Source: an uncultured Spirochaetota bacterium
GTDB taxonomy: Bacteria > Spirochaetota > UBA4802 > UBA5550
Direction of reading: 5' to 3'
Length of the DNA stretch: 64,000 bases
NCBI GenBank assembly: GCA_963827275.1
Contig: CAWHAA010000005.1
Coordinates: 617,924-681,923, forward strand
Shown: positions 1-9,668 of the stretch, one piece after another
Numbering within the stretch: position 1 is the stretch's first letter
How the letters are laid out: each line of letters opens with the position of its first letter
Program-made: the position numbers and the translations under genes
The notes under the pieces: generated by a model
Told to the model about the DNA's origin: nothing
Databases searched by the model: none
Seen by the model: only the letters and a program-made list of their open reading frames with translations

Positions 1-381
1 TGCTCGTACTCGAAGCGGGTGAAGGCCGTTTCAATCGCCACGAGGAGGTCTTTTTCGCGGTACGGCTTGATGACAAAGCCAAAGGGGAAGGACTTCTGCA
101 CCTCCTCGACGATGTCACGGTCTGAATAAGCGGTCGTGTAAATCACCGGGACATTCAATTTTTTTCGTATTTCCTTCGACGCCTCGATCCCGTTCATATC
201 TCCGGGCAGCTTGACGTCCATCAGGATAAGCTCCGGGGCCGCCGCAACGCACATATTGATCGCTTCCTCTCCGGTCCCCGCGATTCCCACCACGGCATAC
301 CCCATGTTCTGCAGGATATTCTTGAGGTCAAGCGCCACGATCTGGGCGTCCTCTACGATGAAAATTCTTTTTTGTTTCATA
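1..381 (-). CDS. Response regulator receiver (REC) domain protein; 3' end lies beyond the window start
   Basis: Reverse-strand translation from the ATG at 379-381 gives MKQKRIFIVEDAQIVALDLKNILQNMGYAVVGIAGTGEEAINMCVAAAPELILMDVKLPGDMNGIEASKEIRKK..., a typical CheY-like receiver with the phospho-acceptor Asp in LILMDVKLP. The frame is open to position 1. Confidence 0.8.
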
Positions 382-689
382 CTTTCTGATACTGACTGAT
401 ACTGACATGCATTATCGGCAACAGGCCGTTAGAGGCGGGACAAGCCGCCCTGTTGCCGGAACAGATTGTTTTACATACTATATACATAAATATCTTTCTG
501 TCAATGTTTTAATGTTTATTTTTCATGACCCGGCCGCCGCTTTTCCTGTAACAGATCCAGCGCGCACCATGTCTTATGCCGGAGATCATGACACAACATC
601 GGCAACTGCCCGGCGCTTATACAAAACTATCCGGGGCCGGATACAGGCCCGGAGCGGCACAGCAGCGCAAACCAGGCAATTTCTGAAAA

Positions 690-1259
690 ATGGCTTGTGT
701 TAAAACAGTTTTGGTTATATTGAGTGCACCGAGGAGATCATTTTTGCGGATCCGGAAAAAAACAACCACCCGCCCCGTCACCGCAGCGATTGCATGCGCC
801 GCGGCACTTTTCGTTTTCGCGGCCTTCCTGGGGGCCGATGACACGACGGACCTGAGGGCCCGCATCATCGATACGGCGAAAAAATATCTCGGGGCGCGCT
901 ATAATTACGGTGGCATGGGCGCCAACGGGTTCGATTGCTCGGGGTTCGTCCAGCACGTATTCCGCGAAAACGGCATCACGCTCCCCCGTTCAACGCCGGA
1001 CCAGTTCGAGGGCGGGAAAAAAATAGACCTGGAGGAAGCCAGGCCGGGCGATCTCCTGTTCTTCAGGATCTATAACGGCCGCATCTCACATGTGGGCATC
1101 TTTATGGAAAAATCGGTCTTCATCCACGCCCCCTCCTACGGCAAGCGCGTCTCGTTTGCGGACATGAACCTCGGATACTGGAAAAATAAATTTGCCGGTG
1201 CGGTTACCTATATCGGCGTGAAAGGCGATGTGCCGAAAGACCGGACATCGGGTCGTTGA
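690..1259 (+). CDS. NlpC/P60 family (C40) cell-wall peptidase with signal peptide
   Basis: 189-aa ORF. It has the N-terminal basic + hydrophobic segment of a signal peptide. The conserved NlpC/P60 core is present: YNYGGMGANGFDCSGFVQHVF...GDLLFF...HVGIF (catalytic Cys in DCSG, His in HVGIF). Confidence 0.8.
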   Translation: MACVKTVLVILSAPRRSFLRIRKKTTTRPVTAAIACAAALFVFAAFLGADDTTDLRARIIDTAKKYLGARYNYGGMGANGFDCSGFVQHVFRENGITLPRSTPDQFEGGKKIDLEEARPGDLLFFRIYNGRISHVGIFMEKSVFIHAPSYGKRVSFADMNLGYWKNKFAGAVTYIGVKGDVPKDRTSGR

Positions 1260-1877
1260 TCACCCCATCTCGAGGGTGTTGGACACGAGCCTGAACAGCT
1301 CCTCCTGCAACGCGCCCCGTTCCATCTCTTTCAGCTTCTTCTTATGTAACACAAAAAAATAATAACTCAATCGAAGCACGGCGCCAAGCACGGCATTGCC
1401 CGCGACTTCCAGGTTGAAATCTTTCGGAATGTGCCCCCACCGCTGGCCCAGCTCGATATCGTTCAGTATGACCTTCAGCACCTTGTCCTCGAAGATCCGT
1501 ACCGCGGTTTCAAAATTTTTATTCACCCCCACCGCGATCCTGAGTATGATGTTCGTCCGGTCCTGGTTATCCCTGAAAAAATCCGATGTTTTTTTCAGCC
1601 GGTGCCGCAGATATTCCTGCGCGTAATAGATCCCCGGCCTGTCACCGCCGAAGTCTTGCAGGCTCAACGATATGGCCTCTTCCCAGTCGCGAACATAATG
1701 CGAAAGGAGCAGCTTGAATATGGCCTCTTTGTTCCTGAAATACTGATAGATGGTCCCTTTCGCCACTCCCGCCATCTCGACAATATCGGATACCTGCGTC
1801 TCATAGTAGCCCTTTCTTGAAAATGCCTTTTCGGCGCAATCAAGGAGATGTTCTTTTGTTTTATCGCTTTTTTTCAT
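1260..1877 (-). CDS. TetR/AcrR family transcriptional regulator
   Basis: 205 aa. The N-terminal HTH, LLDCAEKAFSRKGYYETQVSDIVEMAGVAKGTIYQYFRNKEAIF, matches the TetR_N signature. The gene is divergent from the outer-membrane protein gene at 2546. Confidence 0.8.
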   Translation of the reverse strand: MKKSDKTKEHLLDCAEKAFSRKGYYETQVSDIVEMAGVAKGTIYQYFRNKEAIFKLLLSHYVRDWEEAISLSLQDFGGDRPGIYYAQEYLRHRLKKTSDFFRDNQDRTNIILRIAVGVNKNFETAVRIFEDKVLKVILNDIELGQRWGHIPKDFNLEVAGNAVLGAVLRLSYYFFVLHKKKLKEMERGALQEELFRLVSNTLEMG

Positions 1878-1933
1878 GGTTGTATCCTCCCGCCGATATT
1901 CTGTCGTCTTGCGAGCCCCATCTGTTGATGAGC

Positions 1934-1968
1934 ACCTGTTATACAGGTATCGAACTGAAGTGTCAGTT
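1934..1968. promoter_or_regulatory. Two adjacent perfect palindromes upstream of the TetR gene; candidate TetR operators
   Basis: ACCTGTtatACAGGT (1934-1948) and AACTGAagtgTCAGTT (1953-1968) are each perfect 6-bp inverted repeats. They lie 57-90 bp upstream of the TetR start codon (1877, minus strand). Confidence 0.35.
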
Positions 1969-2493
1969 TTTAATAATTGACAAAATTTTATATGATACTA
2001 AATTGTTGCTATATGAGTTTTTAATTATGGTGCAATAGTATTATAATTCTTTAGAATTTAATTATCAACAATTATTCTGATTTACTCATATACTTACATC
2101 TTTTACTGGAATAAATATTTTTATAAATATATATTGAAAAAAAATACGTTTACGGGTAGATTGTTATTTAATAATAAAATATCTTCTTGCCATATATTAA
2201 AAACATGCAAGAGTATTTTTTTTCCATTATTCACAAAATTTTATCATTAATAGTTTGAGGTTTAAAAGATCATCTGGTCGATTTTTGCAAATTACATGAT
2301 AAAGACCGTCTGGACGGTTATATATTTTTTAAGTCAACATAAGTTATATTTTTATATATTTTAATATTTCTATTTTATTTTAAATTATTAAAAGGTTTAA
2401 TTCCAAACCATTACATATGCGACCCAGGGATAGTTAATGAATCATGCACTGACTATCCTGAACAGCTATAGCAGTACGGTGAGGGTATAATAC

Positions 2494-2523
2494 TTGACAG
2501 TTGTTAAAAAAGTATTATATGAT
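2494..2523 (+). promoter_or_regulatory. Sigma70-like promoter for the outer-membrane protein gene
   Basis: A perfect TTGACA at 2494-2499, an 18-nt spacer and TATGAT at 2518-2523. An AAGGAG ribosome-binding site follows at 2537-2542. A separate perfect TATAAT sits at 2486-2491. Confidence 0.35.
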
Positions 2524-2545
2524 CACACAATTTTATAAGGAGATA

Positions 2546-4090
2546 ATGGGTGCGGCAATGAAATTAAAAAATTTATCAATCCTGCTTACGATTTTCGTTT
2601 TCATCGGAGTATCATCGAACCTGTTCGCGAACCACTTTGGTGAAACTTTCGGGTTCTCCGCCGAAGGTATGGCGCGCGGAAACGCAATGACGGCCGTTGT
2701 TAATGACTGGTCTTCTGTTTTCTATAACGTGGGGGGCCTGGGAAAATCCCTCAACATAAAGGGAGCGGGTGCCGGCAGCCAGGGCGGGGAAATGACCCTG
2801 AAACTCAGGAAGAACGATGCCGGAGGAGATTCGGGAGAGAAAGAATTCTACCCGAACCAATTCGCATTGGGAGTAATGTATGTATTCCCGCAGCTCAAGC
2901 TGAACATCCAGCGCTTCGGGACAACCAGCACCGGTTCATTCATCCCTGTTACCACCGAAGCTTCCAACAAGCAGGACCCGTACGGTTTTATCACGGTCGG
3001 CGGCGTCCTCGACCTCAATAACGTCGTGAAGCTGCCTGACCTTATCTCGACGGCCCGCCTGGGCGTCGGCCTGGGGCTGAACGCAGACCTGACCGTTGCG
3101 AAGGTCAACGACATCGACCCGCGGACCCACAACTTCCTCCGCTACGGCAAGGAAATCTCCCGCCTGGCCCTCATGGTGGGCGCGGGCATGGGGTTCCTGA
3201 ATGACGCCTTCGGCGGCGGCATCGGATTTCACGGCAACTTTAACGGGAAAGGAAAGATGTTCATGGAAGCCCAGCTTACCGCGAACCCGCAGATCCCCAT
3301 CGCGCAGACAAACATGGACCTCGGCCTTGCACCCGGCGCCATCGCCGGCGTATACATCAGCCCGGGCAGAATCTTCAGCGCAATTGAAGGCCTCGAGCTC
3401 GGCGCGTCGTACCGGATGGAAAACAAGATGAAGGTCGAGCCCTTTGACGCGGCGGCCTCAATACTGGGCGGCGTCATCAACATGAACCTGATGCTCGAGA
3501 TCTTTGACTACTATTCACCCCACATCATTACGGGCGGCATCGCGTACAGCCGCTGGGGACTCACGTTGTCGGCTGACCTCAACTACGAGATGTGGTCGCG
3601 CATGATGGTGGGCAAATCGACGAAATACCATTACTATTCACTGCCGAAGTTTAACGACACGCTTTCATACAAGGTCGGTCTCAAGTACAACACCCCGGTC
3701 TCCTGGCTGGCGGTCATGGTCGGCTATTCATACGTGCCCAGCATCCTGGACAAAAAGACCGGCACCATGTACGCCTTCCGGCTGGGAACGGTGCAAAACC
3801 TGCTGCAGACCGGCATGTATAACATGATGGACAACAACAAGCACCTCGCATCGCTGGGATTCACCTTCACAATCCCGAAGATGTGGAAGCTCGGCGGCAT
3901 GGTCGTCATCACCGCATCCTACCAGTTCCAGTACCTGGAAACGGTAAGTGTTTCGAGAAACGGCCTGAGCATCGATCTTGCGACCGGGGCCCAGGACCCC
4001 GCGATGATCAACGCATACCTGCTGAACCCGAGCTATTCATACGGCGGGATGAACCACAGCATATTCTTCGAAGTCGGCATGAAGATATAA
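2546..4090 (+). CDS. Outer-membrane beta-barrel protein, FadL/TodX-like, with signal peptide
   Basis: The signal peptide is MKLKNLSILLTIFVFIGVSSNLFA. The protein is rich in alternating Gly/aromatic beta-strand segments. The N-terminal FYNVGGLG segment resembles the FadL hatch region. The start could be the ATG at 2546 or at 2558; the ORF track starts at a TTG at 2501. A rho-independent terminator follows. Confidence 0.55.
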   Translation: MGAAMKLKNLSILLTIFVFIGVSSNLFANHFGETFGFSAEGMARGNAMTAVVNDWSSVFYNVGGLGKSLNIKGAGAGSQGGEMTLKLRKNDAGGDSGEKEFYPNQFALGVMYVFPQLKLNIQRFGTTSTGSFIPVTTEASNKQDPYGFITVGGVLDLNNVVKLPDLISTARLGVGLGLNADLTVAKVNDIDPRTHNFLRYGKEISRLALMVGAGMGFLNDAFGGGIGFHGNFNGKGKMFMEAQLTANPQIPIAQTNMDLGLAPGAIAGVYISPGRIFSAIEGLELGASYRMENKMKVEPFDAAASILGGVINMNLMLEIFDYYSPHIITGGIAYSRWGLTLSADLNYEMWSRMMVGKSTKYHYYSLPKFNDTLSYKVGLKYNTPVSWLAVMVGYSYVPSILDKKTGTMYAFRLGTVQNLLQTGMYNMMDNNKHLASLGFTFTIPKMWKLGGMVVITASYQFQYLETVSVSRNGLSIDLATGAQDPAMINAYLLNPSYSYGGMNHSIFFEVGMKI

Positions 4091-4115
4091 CGCGCCATCT
4101 GCATGACAACCCGAA

Positions 4116-4142
4116 GCCGGGCCCTCGGGCCCGGCTTTTTTA
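4116..4142 (+). terminator. Rho-independent terminator
   Basis: Stem GCCGGGCCC / GGGCCCGGC followed by a run of seven T, 25 bp after the outer-membrane protein stop codon. Confidence 0.7.
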
Positions 4143-4157
4143 TCGGCGGAGCAAACA

Positions 4158-5321
4158 ATGCCCGATCACCCGGCAACCATCCTGCAGCCGGCCCGCTATT
4201 TCAATGGACGCGGGCCCGTACGCTCTTTCTTCGCACCGGGGAGGATCAATATCATCGGCGAACACCTCGACTATAACGGCGGATACGTGTTCCCGGCCGC
4301 GATATCCCTGGGCATAACGGGATGGGTCCAGGACAGGGAGGACCGCCTCATCAGGATCGCCTCTGAACAGGCGCCCGGCGAGGTCATTGCCGACCTCGAC
4401 CGTCTCCCCGGCGATACTGCCACGGGGACGTGGGGCGATTATCCGCTGGGAGCGGTCCGCTACCTGTTGAAAAGCGGCCATGCGATCGAACGGGGGAAAA
4501 ACCTCCTCTACGCAAGCACCCTCCCCCAGGGGGCCGGGCTTTCTTCCTCGGCTGCGCTGGAGGTCCTGACCGCGTTCATGCTCACCGCGGACTCATGCAA
4601 AACACCGGAGGACCGTGTCCGCATGGCGCGTCTCATGAGCGCCATGGAAAATGAATGGATCGGCGTCCGCTGCGGCATCATGGACCAGTTTGCCGTGGCG
4701 CTCGGCAGGAAGGGGCACGCGATCCTGCTCGATTCGGGGAGCCTTGAATATGACTATGTGCCCCTGCCCGCCGGCGGCCCCGCCCTTGTCATCATGAACA
4801 GCAACCGCCCCAGGGAGCTTGCGGACTCGAAATACAATGAGCGGCGCGCCCAGTGCGAGGAGGCCCTCTCCCGTATCAGGGAAAAGAGGGGCGGCACCGG
4901 CGCCCTCGCCCGCGCCGACGCCGCGGACCTCGAGCTCATCAGTGACGACACCCTCCGCAGGCGCGCCCGTCATGTCATATCAGAACAGCGCCGGGTGATC
5001 GAGTCAACCGCGGCCCTCAACCGGGGCGACCATGAACTGTTCGGCAGGCTCCTCTCCGGGTCCCACCGGTCTTTGAGGGACGACTACGAGGTCACCGGTC
5101 AGGAGCTTGACGCGCTGGTTGCGGCGGCGGAACGCTCGCCCGGGTGCATGGGCGCGCGCATGACCGGCGCCGGCTTCGGCGGCTGTGCCATCGCCCTGGT
5201 CAGCGGGCCTGAAATCAGCCGGTTCCGGAAACGCGCAGGAGATGAATATCATGCGGCAACCGGGCTGTCCGCGGATTTTTACGAGTTTACTCCGGAAAAC
5301 GGCGTCCACGAGATAAAATAA
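4158..5321 (+). CDS. galK: Galactokinase
   Basis: 387 aa. Galactokinase signature GRINIIGEHLDYNGGYVFPAAI, GHMP-kinase ATP motif PQGAGLSSSAALEV and a C-terminal GHMP domain (GAGFGGCAIALV). Ribosome-binding site GGCGGAG. Confidence 0.9.
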   Translation: MPDHPATILQPARYFNGRGPVRSFFAPGRINIIGEHLDYNGGYVFPAAISLGITGWVQDREDRLIRIASEQAPGEVIADLDRLPGDTATGTWGDYPLGAVRYLLKSGHAIERGKNLLYASTLPQGAGLSSSAALEVLTAFMLTADSCKTPEDRVRMARLMSAMENEWIGVRCGIMDQFAVALGRKGHAILLDSGSLEYDYVPLPAGGPALVIMNSNRPRELADSKYNERRAQCEEALSRIREKRGGTGALARADAADLELISDDTLRRRARHVISEQRRVIESTAALNRGDHELFGRLLSGSHRSLRDDYEVTGQELDALVAAAERSPGCMGARMTGAGFGGCAIALVSGPEISRFRKRAGDEYHAATGLSADFYEFTPENGVHEIK

Positions 5322-5582
5322 CAGCCGCCGATCATTTCCGGACCATGGTCAGGCCGACTGGACGGGTCCGTAGCTCACGATGGATTTTTATAACCGGTAA
5401 AAAAAATTATTATACAATAAACGCTCCATAGGTCATTATGGCATTGTAGTCCATGCTGCTCCGCCCTGTCATGAAAGCGGGCAGGCAGCATGAAGCATTG
5501 CAATCGCATAGAGAACGAGGGGAATGAATAAAAAAAATCCCGCCTCAAAAGTGACGATACATATTACCGTTGAGGTCATATC

Positions 5583-7592
5583 ATGAACTTGAAACGGGGA
5601 ACAATACGATACCAGTTCGGCAAGCGTGAATACACGCTTTCATTCACTCCCGGAATTCCCGCCTCGTCCCGGGGAATGGAAGTTCTCTCGGAAATGATAC
5701 ACCTCGACCAGGGCTGGCGGGTGAAGATCGCACTTGTGCCTGAAGCCCCTGTCACGATCAAAGAAGCGTTTCTGGAAATCAACTACCGCTTTACCGGCGA
5801 TGACCGGATCTACTGCAACGGGTTCCAGTCGTGGACCGAAAGCCGCGAATATTATCCGAATGAAAAAATGAAAAAACTCTCCCTTTCGTCGCGGAAGTTC
5901 AAGATACACCGCATCGGGGACTACCACTTCTATCCCTACTCCGGCGGCACGGGACAGCTTCACAGCCACATGTACTGCTATATCAAGCAAAAGACCGGCG
6001 ACCTGAGCTTTCTCGGGTCGCTCGGCGAAGATACCGGCTATACCATTTTCGCCTGCGATACCAAAAAAAACTTCATTAAAATAATCAAGGACGTCGAAGG
6101 CCTGGAAATAGCGGTACGCCACGACCTCATGGACATCATGCTCACGCAGGGGCCCGAACGGGACATTCTGCCGGCCTATTTCGACGGGCTCTGCCCCGGG
6201 CTCGAAACGCGGTGGCCGGCCACCGGATGGACAAGCTGGTACAAGCACTACACGAACATATCCGAGGATATCATCCTCGACAACCTGTCGTCCTTCACGA
6301 AGAACAACATCCCCATCGATATTTTCCAGGTCGATGACGGCTACCAGGCCGCCGTGGGCGACTGGCTCGACGTAAAGCCTTCCTTCCCGAACGGGATGAA
6401 GCATATCGCCGATACGATCAGGGCTGCGGGCCGGGTGCCCGGCATATGGCTCGCCCCGTTCATCTGCGAGGAAGGATCGAAGATAATGAAGGACCATCCC
6501 GACTGGCTCCTCATGTCCGGCGGCAAGCCGGTGACGGCCGGATGGAACCCGAACTGGAGCGGGACCTTTTACGCCCTCGACGCGAATAACGACGAGTTTC
6601 TCTACCATGTCCGCGAGGTATTCGATACCGTGCTCAACCAGTGGGGGTTCGACCTGGTGAAGCTCGATTTTCTCTACGCGGCGGCGATGGTCCCGCGCGC
6701 GGGCAAGACGCGCGGCACCATCATGGCCGAAGCCATGAAATTCCTGCGCCGGTGCGCGGGCGACAGGCTGGTCCTGGCCTGCGGGGTGCCGCTGGGCGCG
6801 GCGTTCGGCATGACGGACTTCTGCCGCGTGGGGAGCGATGTGGCCCCGAAATGGGAAGACCACCTCCTCTCGGCGCTACATTACCGCGAGCGCGTCTCGA
6901 CCGCGAACTCCCTGGCCAGCACGGTCGGGAGGGCGCACCTGAACGGCCGCGTCTTTGTAAACGACCCGGACGCCGTCATCCTCCGGAATGAAAACAATTC
7001 AATGAGCCGCGAAGAACGCTTCACGCTGTTCCTGCTGAACAATATCCTGGGCGGCCTTCTCTTCACGTCCGACGACATCGCCGCGTACCCTCCGGACATC
7101 ATGCGCACGTACCTGTCGCTCTTCCCCTTCAAAAAAAAGGAAGGTGTCCAGATTACAATCACCGACCTCGTCCGGATATCCTTCCGGATCGGGGCCAACC
7201 AATACGTGGCCTACGCCAACCTCTCATCCCGCCGCGCGAAAGCGGTGCTTGGAGAGGGCGTCTTTTTCTGCGCCGGCCTGGACGAAGAAGACCGGTTTAC
7301 TCCCGGCGGCACCGAGATAACACTCAGGCCGCATGAGTCGCGATGCTACCTCGCGCTCAGGGAAGAATTTTTCAGCGTTGCCGGCACAACGGCGCACCTT
7401 TTTCCCGGCAGCGAAATAGTCTCGTGCGAGCAGAAGGGAGAAGCGATCACCATCACCCAGCACAAGCAGGTGAGAAACGGCAACACGGTATACCTGAGGG
7501 CCCCCAATATCGGGCAGTATATCATCAACGGAACACCGGTCACCGCCCGGAAGATATGGGAAAAGCTGTTCATTCTGCAAATCGATATATAA
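5583..7592 (+). CDS. Alpha-galactosidase-like glycoside hydrolase (clan GH-D, GH36-like)
   Basis: 669 aa. The segment IPIDIFQVDDGYQAAVGDWLDVKPSFPNGMKHIADTIRAAGRVPGIWLAPF matches the DDGW...KFPNG...GIW catalytic-region pattern of GH27/GH36 alpha-galactosidases. It lies immediately downstream of galK. Confidence 0.65.
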   Translation: MNLKRGTIRYQFGKREYTLSFTPGIPASSRGMEVLSEMIHLDQGWRVKIALVPEAPVTIKEAFLEINYRFTGDDRIYCNGFQSWTESREYYPNEKMKKLSLSSRKFKIHRIGDYHFYPYSGGTGQLHSHMYCYIKQKTGDLSFLGSLGEDTGYTIFACDTKKNFIKIIKDVEGLEIAVRHDLMDIMLTQGPERDILPAYFDGLCPGLETRWPATGWTSWYKHYTNISEDIILDNLSSFTKNNIPIDIFQVDDGYQAAVGDWLDVKPSFPNGMKHIADTIRAAGRVPGIWLAPFICEEGSKIMKDHPDWLLMSGGKPVTAGWNPNWSGTFYALDANNDEFLYHVREVFDTVLNQWGFDLVKLDFLYAAAMVPRAGKTRGTIMAEAMKFLRRCAGDRLVLACGVPLGAAFGMTDFCRVGSDVAPKWEDHLLSALHYRERVSTANSLASTVGRAHLNGRVFVNDPDAVILRNENNSMSREERFTLFLLNNILGGLLFTSDDIAAYPPDIMRTYLSLFPFKKKEGVQITITDLVRISFRIGANQYVAYANLSSRRAKAVLGEGVFFCAGLDEEDRFTPGGTEITLRPHESRCYLALREEFFSVAGTTAHLFPGSEIVSCEQKGEAITITQHKQVRNGNTVYLRAPNIGQYIINGTPVTARKIWEKLFILQIDI

Positions 7593-7647
7593 CCGGGGCC
7601 AGGAAATCCGTCTGTTCCGGTTCCGCACCCCACACAAGGAGGACGAC

Positions 7648-8955
7648 ATGGTACCGTACCTCTTGCCTGAAAATTTTTACCTCGGAACTGCGACCGCGGC
7701 CCTGCAGATAGAGGGGGGTGATATCAACAACACGTGGCTCCGCTGGTGCCGGCAGGCTGGCCGGATCAAGGACGGGAGCGACTGCCGCGTGGCCGATGAC
7801 CACTGGAACAGGGTCAGGGAGGACATCGGCATCATGAAGAAGCTGAACGTGACGGCCTACCGCATGGGCCTGGAGTGGAGCCGCATCCAGCCTGACGAAG
7901 ACAGCTTCGACCGCGACGCGCTCGAGCATTACCGCGACGAGATCAGCCAGCTGAAAAAAGCGGGCATTCAACCGCTGATTACCCTGCACCATTTTTCGAA
8001 CCCCATCTGGATGGAGGACTCGGGCGGGTGGACAGACGAATCATCGGTCCACCGCTTCGAGCGTTACGCCGAGGTCGCCGCCCGCTATTTCGGCGACATT
8101 GCAAGCGACTGGGTAACCATCAACGAGCCGAACGTCTATCTCCTTTTCGGCTATGTCGCCGGCACATGGCCGCCGGGCGGGCACAGCATCATCAAATACA
8201 TGCAGGGCGCGCGGAACATGATCCGGGCGCACATCGCCGCGTACCGGAAAATCCACGAGGTGCGGAAGGCCATGGGGCACGGCGACACGAAGGTCGGCGT
8301 GGCGCACCATCTCCGCGTATTCGAGCCGAAGCGGGGTACCGCGGGAGAGCGCCTCGCGGCCTTTCTGCAAAACCGGCTCTTTCACGAGATATTCATCACC
8401 GGCATGTCCGAGGGGCGATACATCCTGCCGATCGGCGCCGGGTACCCCATGGGCAGGGGAAACTACCAGGACTTCCTCGGCATCAACTACTACACACGGG
8501 AGATGGTCTCGTTCGACATTACGAAGCCGGGGCAGATGTTCGGCGACATCAGCACCCGGGAGGGCGCCCCGGTGAACGACCTGGGGTGGGAGCTCTACCC
8601 CGAAGGCCTGTACCGGTTCTGCGAAAAATATTACCGCCGCTTCAGGGTCCCCATCTATATCACTGAAAACGGCACCGCCGACGCCGCAGACCGCTTCAGG
8701 ACAAAATACATCTACGACCACCTCTTGCAGGTGTCACGCCTGATAGCGGCGGGCGTCGATGTGCAGCGCTACTATCACTGGAGCTTCATGGACAACTTCG
8801 AATGGGCCGAGGGGCTGGAGCCGCGGTTCGGCCTGGTGGCCGTGGACTATACAACGCAGAAGCGGACGATACGGGAAAGCGGGAAATTCTACGCCGAGCT
8901 GTGCAAACACCGTGGCGTCACGGAAGGGATGATACGAAAGTATCTCAAGAGCTGA
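7648..8955 (+). CDS. GH1 family beta-glucosidase/beta-galactosidase
   Basis: 435 aa. N-terminal GH1 signature FYLGTATAALQIEGG, acid/base motif TINEPN and nucleophile motif YITENG. Strong ribosome-binding site AAGGAGG. Confidence 0.9.
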   Translation: MVPYLLPENFYLGTATAALQIEGGDINNTWLRWCRQAGRIKDGSDCRVADDHWNRVREDIGIMKKLNVTAYRMGLEWSRIQPDEDSFDRDALEHYRDEISQLKKAGIQPLITLHHFSNPIWMEDSGGWTDESSVHRFERYAEVAARYFGDIASDWVTINEPNVYLLFGYVAGTWPPGGHSIIKYMQGARNMIRAHIAAYRKIHEVRKAMGHGDTKVGVAHHLRVFEPKRGTAGERLAAFLQNRLFHEIFITGMSEGRYILPIGAGYPMGRGNYQDFLGINYYTREMVSFDITKPGQMFGDISTREGAPVNDLGWELYPEGLYRFCEKYYRRFRVPIYITENGTADAADRFRTKYIYDHLLQVSRLIAAGVDVQRYYHWSFMDNFEWAEGLEPRFGLVAVDYTTQKRTIRESGKFYAELCKHRGVTEGMIRKYLKS

Positions 8956-8956
8956 T

Positions 8957-8983
8957 CCGGGGCCGCTGACGGCGCGGCCCCGG
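8957..8983. terminator. GC-rich hairpin between convergent genes (bidirectional terminator candidate)
   Basis: CCGGGGCCGC tgacgg GCGGCCCCGG is a 10-bp perfect stem with no T-tract. It lies between the GH1 stop codon and the stop codon of the minus-strand lipoprotein gene. Confidence 0.4.
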
Positions 8984-8993
8984 CCGGCAGCCG

Positions 8994-9507
8994 CTATTTC
9001 TGTAAATTTACCAGCACTTCACCCGCAAGGGCATTCATGCTGTTGTACACCCTCGCACCGAAGCCCCACCAGGGGCTGTACGAGAATTCGTGGGTCACGA
9101 CGGTGGCGCGCTTGACCACTTTACCGCTTGCCGCGTCAACATACTCGATGCCGCACTTGACCGTGTAGTTCGACTCGCTCAGCGAGGCATTGCTGAACTT
9201 TACCAGCAACTGTTTCCGCGTCGCGCGGAGCGGCCGCTCCCTTCGTGGCGACGCCGGTCACCGTCCAGCCCTTGAAATAGCCCTTTACAAACTTCTGAAG
9301 ATTTTCATTCTGCGCCTTTATCTCCTGCGCCCATTCGGCCTGTTTCGGATAGCCGTACTTTTTCCAGTTCTGCTCTCCAAGGTCGAGCCATCCCACATGG
9401 ACCTTTTTGTATTTCTGGAATTCCGCTTTTACCTGGGCACTGCCGCAGCCTGACGCAAGAATGGCGGCGCACGCAACGAGACAGGCCAGCATTGTTAATT
9501 TTTTCAT
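8994..9507 (-). CDS. Small lipoprotein; the frame is interrupted between about 9210 and 9290
   Basis: The N-terminal ORF (9507..9136) starts MKKLTMLACLVACAAILASGCGS, a lipobox. The protein-like C-terminal part continues in another frame as ORF 9209..8994 (KFSNASLSESNYTVKCGIEYVDAASGKVVKRATVVTHEFSYSPWWGFGARVYN...). The two ORFs overlap. Confidence 0.5.
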
Positions 9508-9668
9508 GTAATCCTCCTAAAATTTGTATTTGTATGTTATATAAAAAAGCAATTCTGCTTTTTTCCGGGGAATAAGACGGCTTTTAAAACTCCACGGGAA
9601 GCCGGTAGATAAACAGTGTCTGCATGAAGGCGCCCGTCAAGCAAATATTTGATGCGGGTGATGTGAGG

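Noticed and set aside
5640-6863. Long antisense ORFs inside high-GC genes (for example 5640..6863 minus, 31869..33860 minus, 18370..19668 plus, 16749..17966 plus, 27238..28569 plus, 10531..12180 plus)
   Set aside because: They lie opposite well-supported genes with clear homology. They encode Arg/Pro/Gly-rich low-complexity products and are the expected stop-codon-poor shadow frames of GC-rich DNA.
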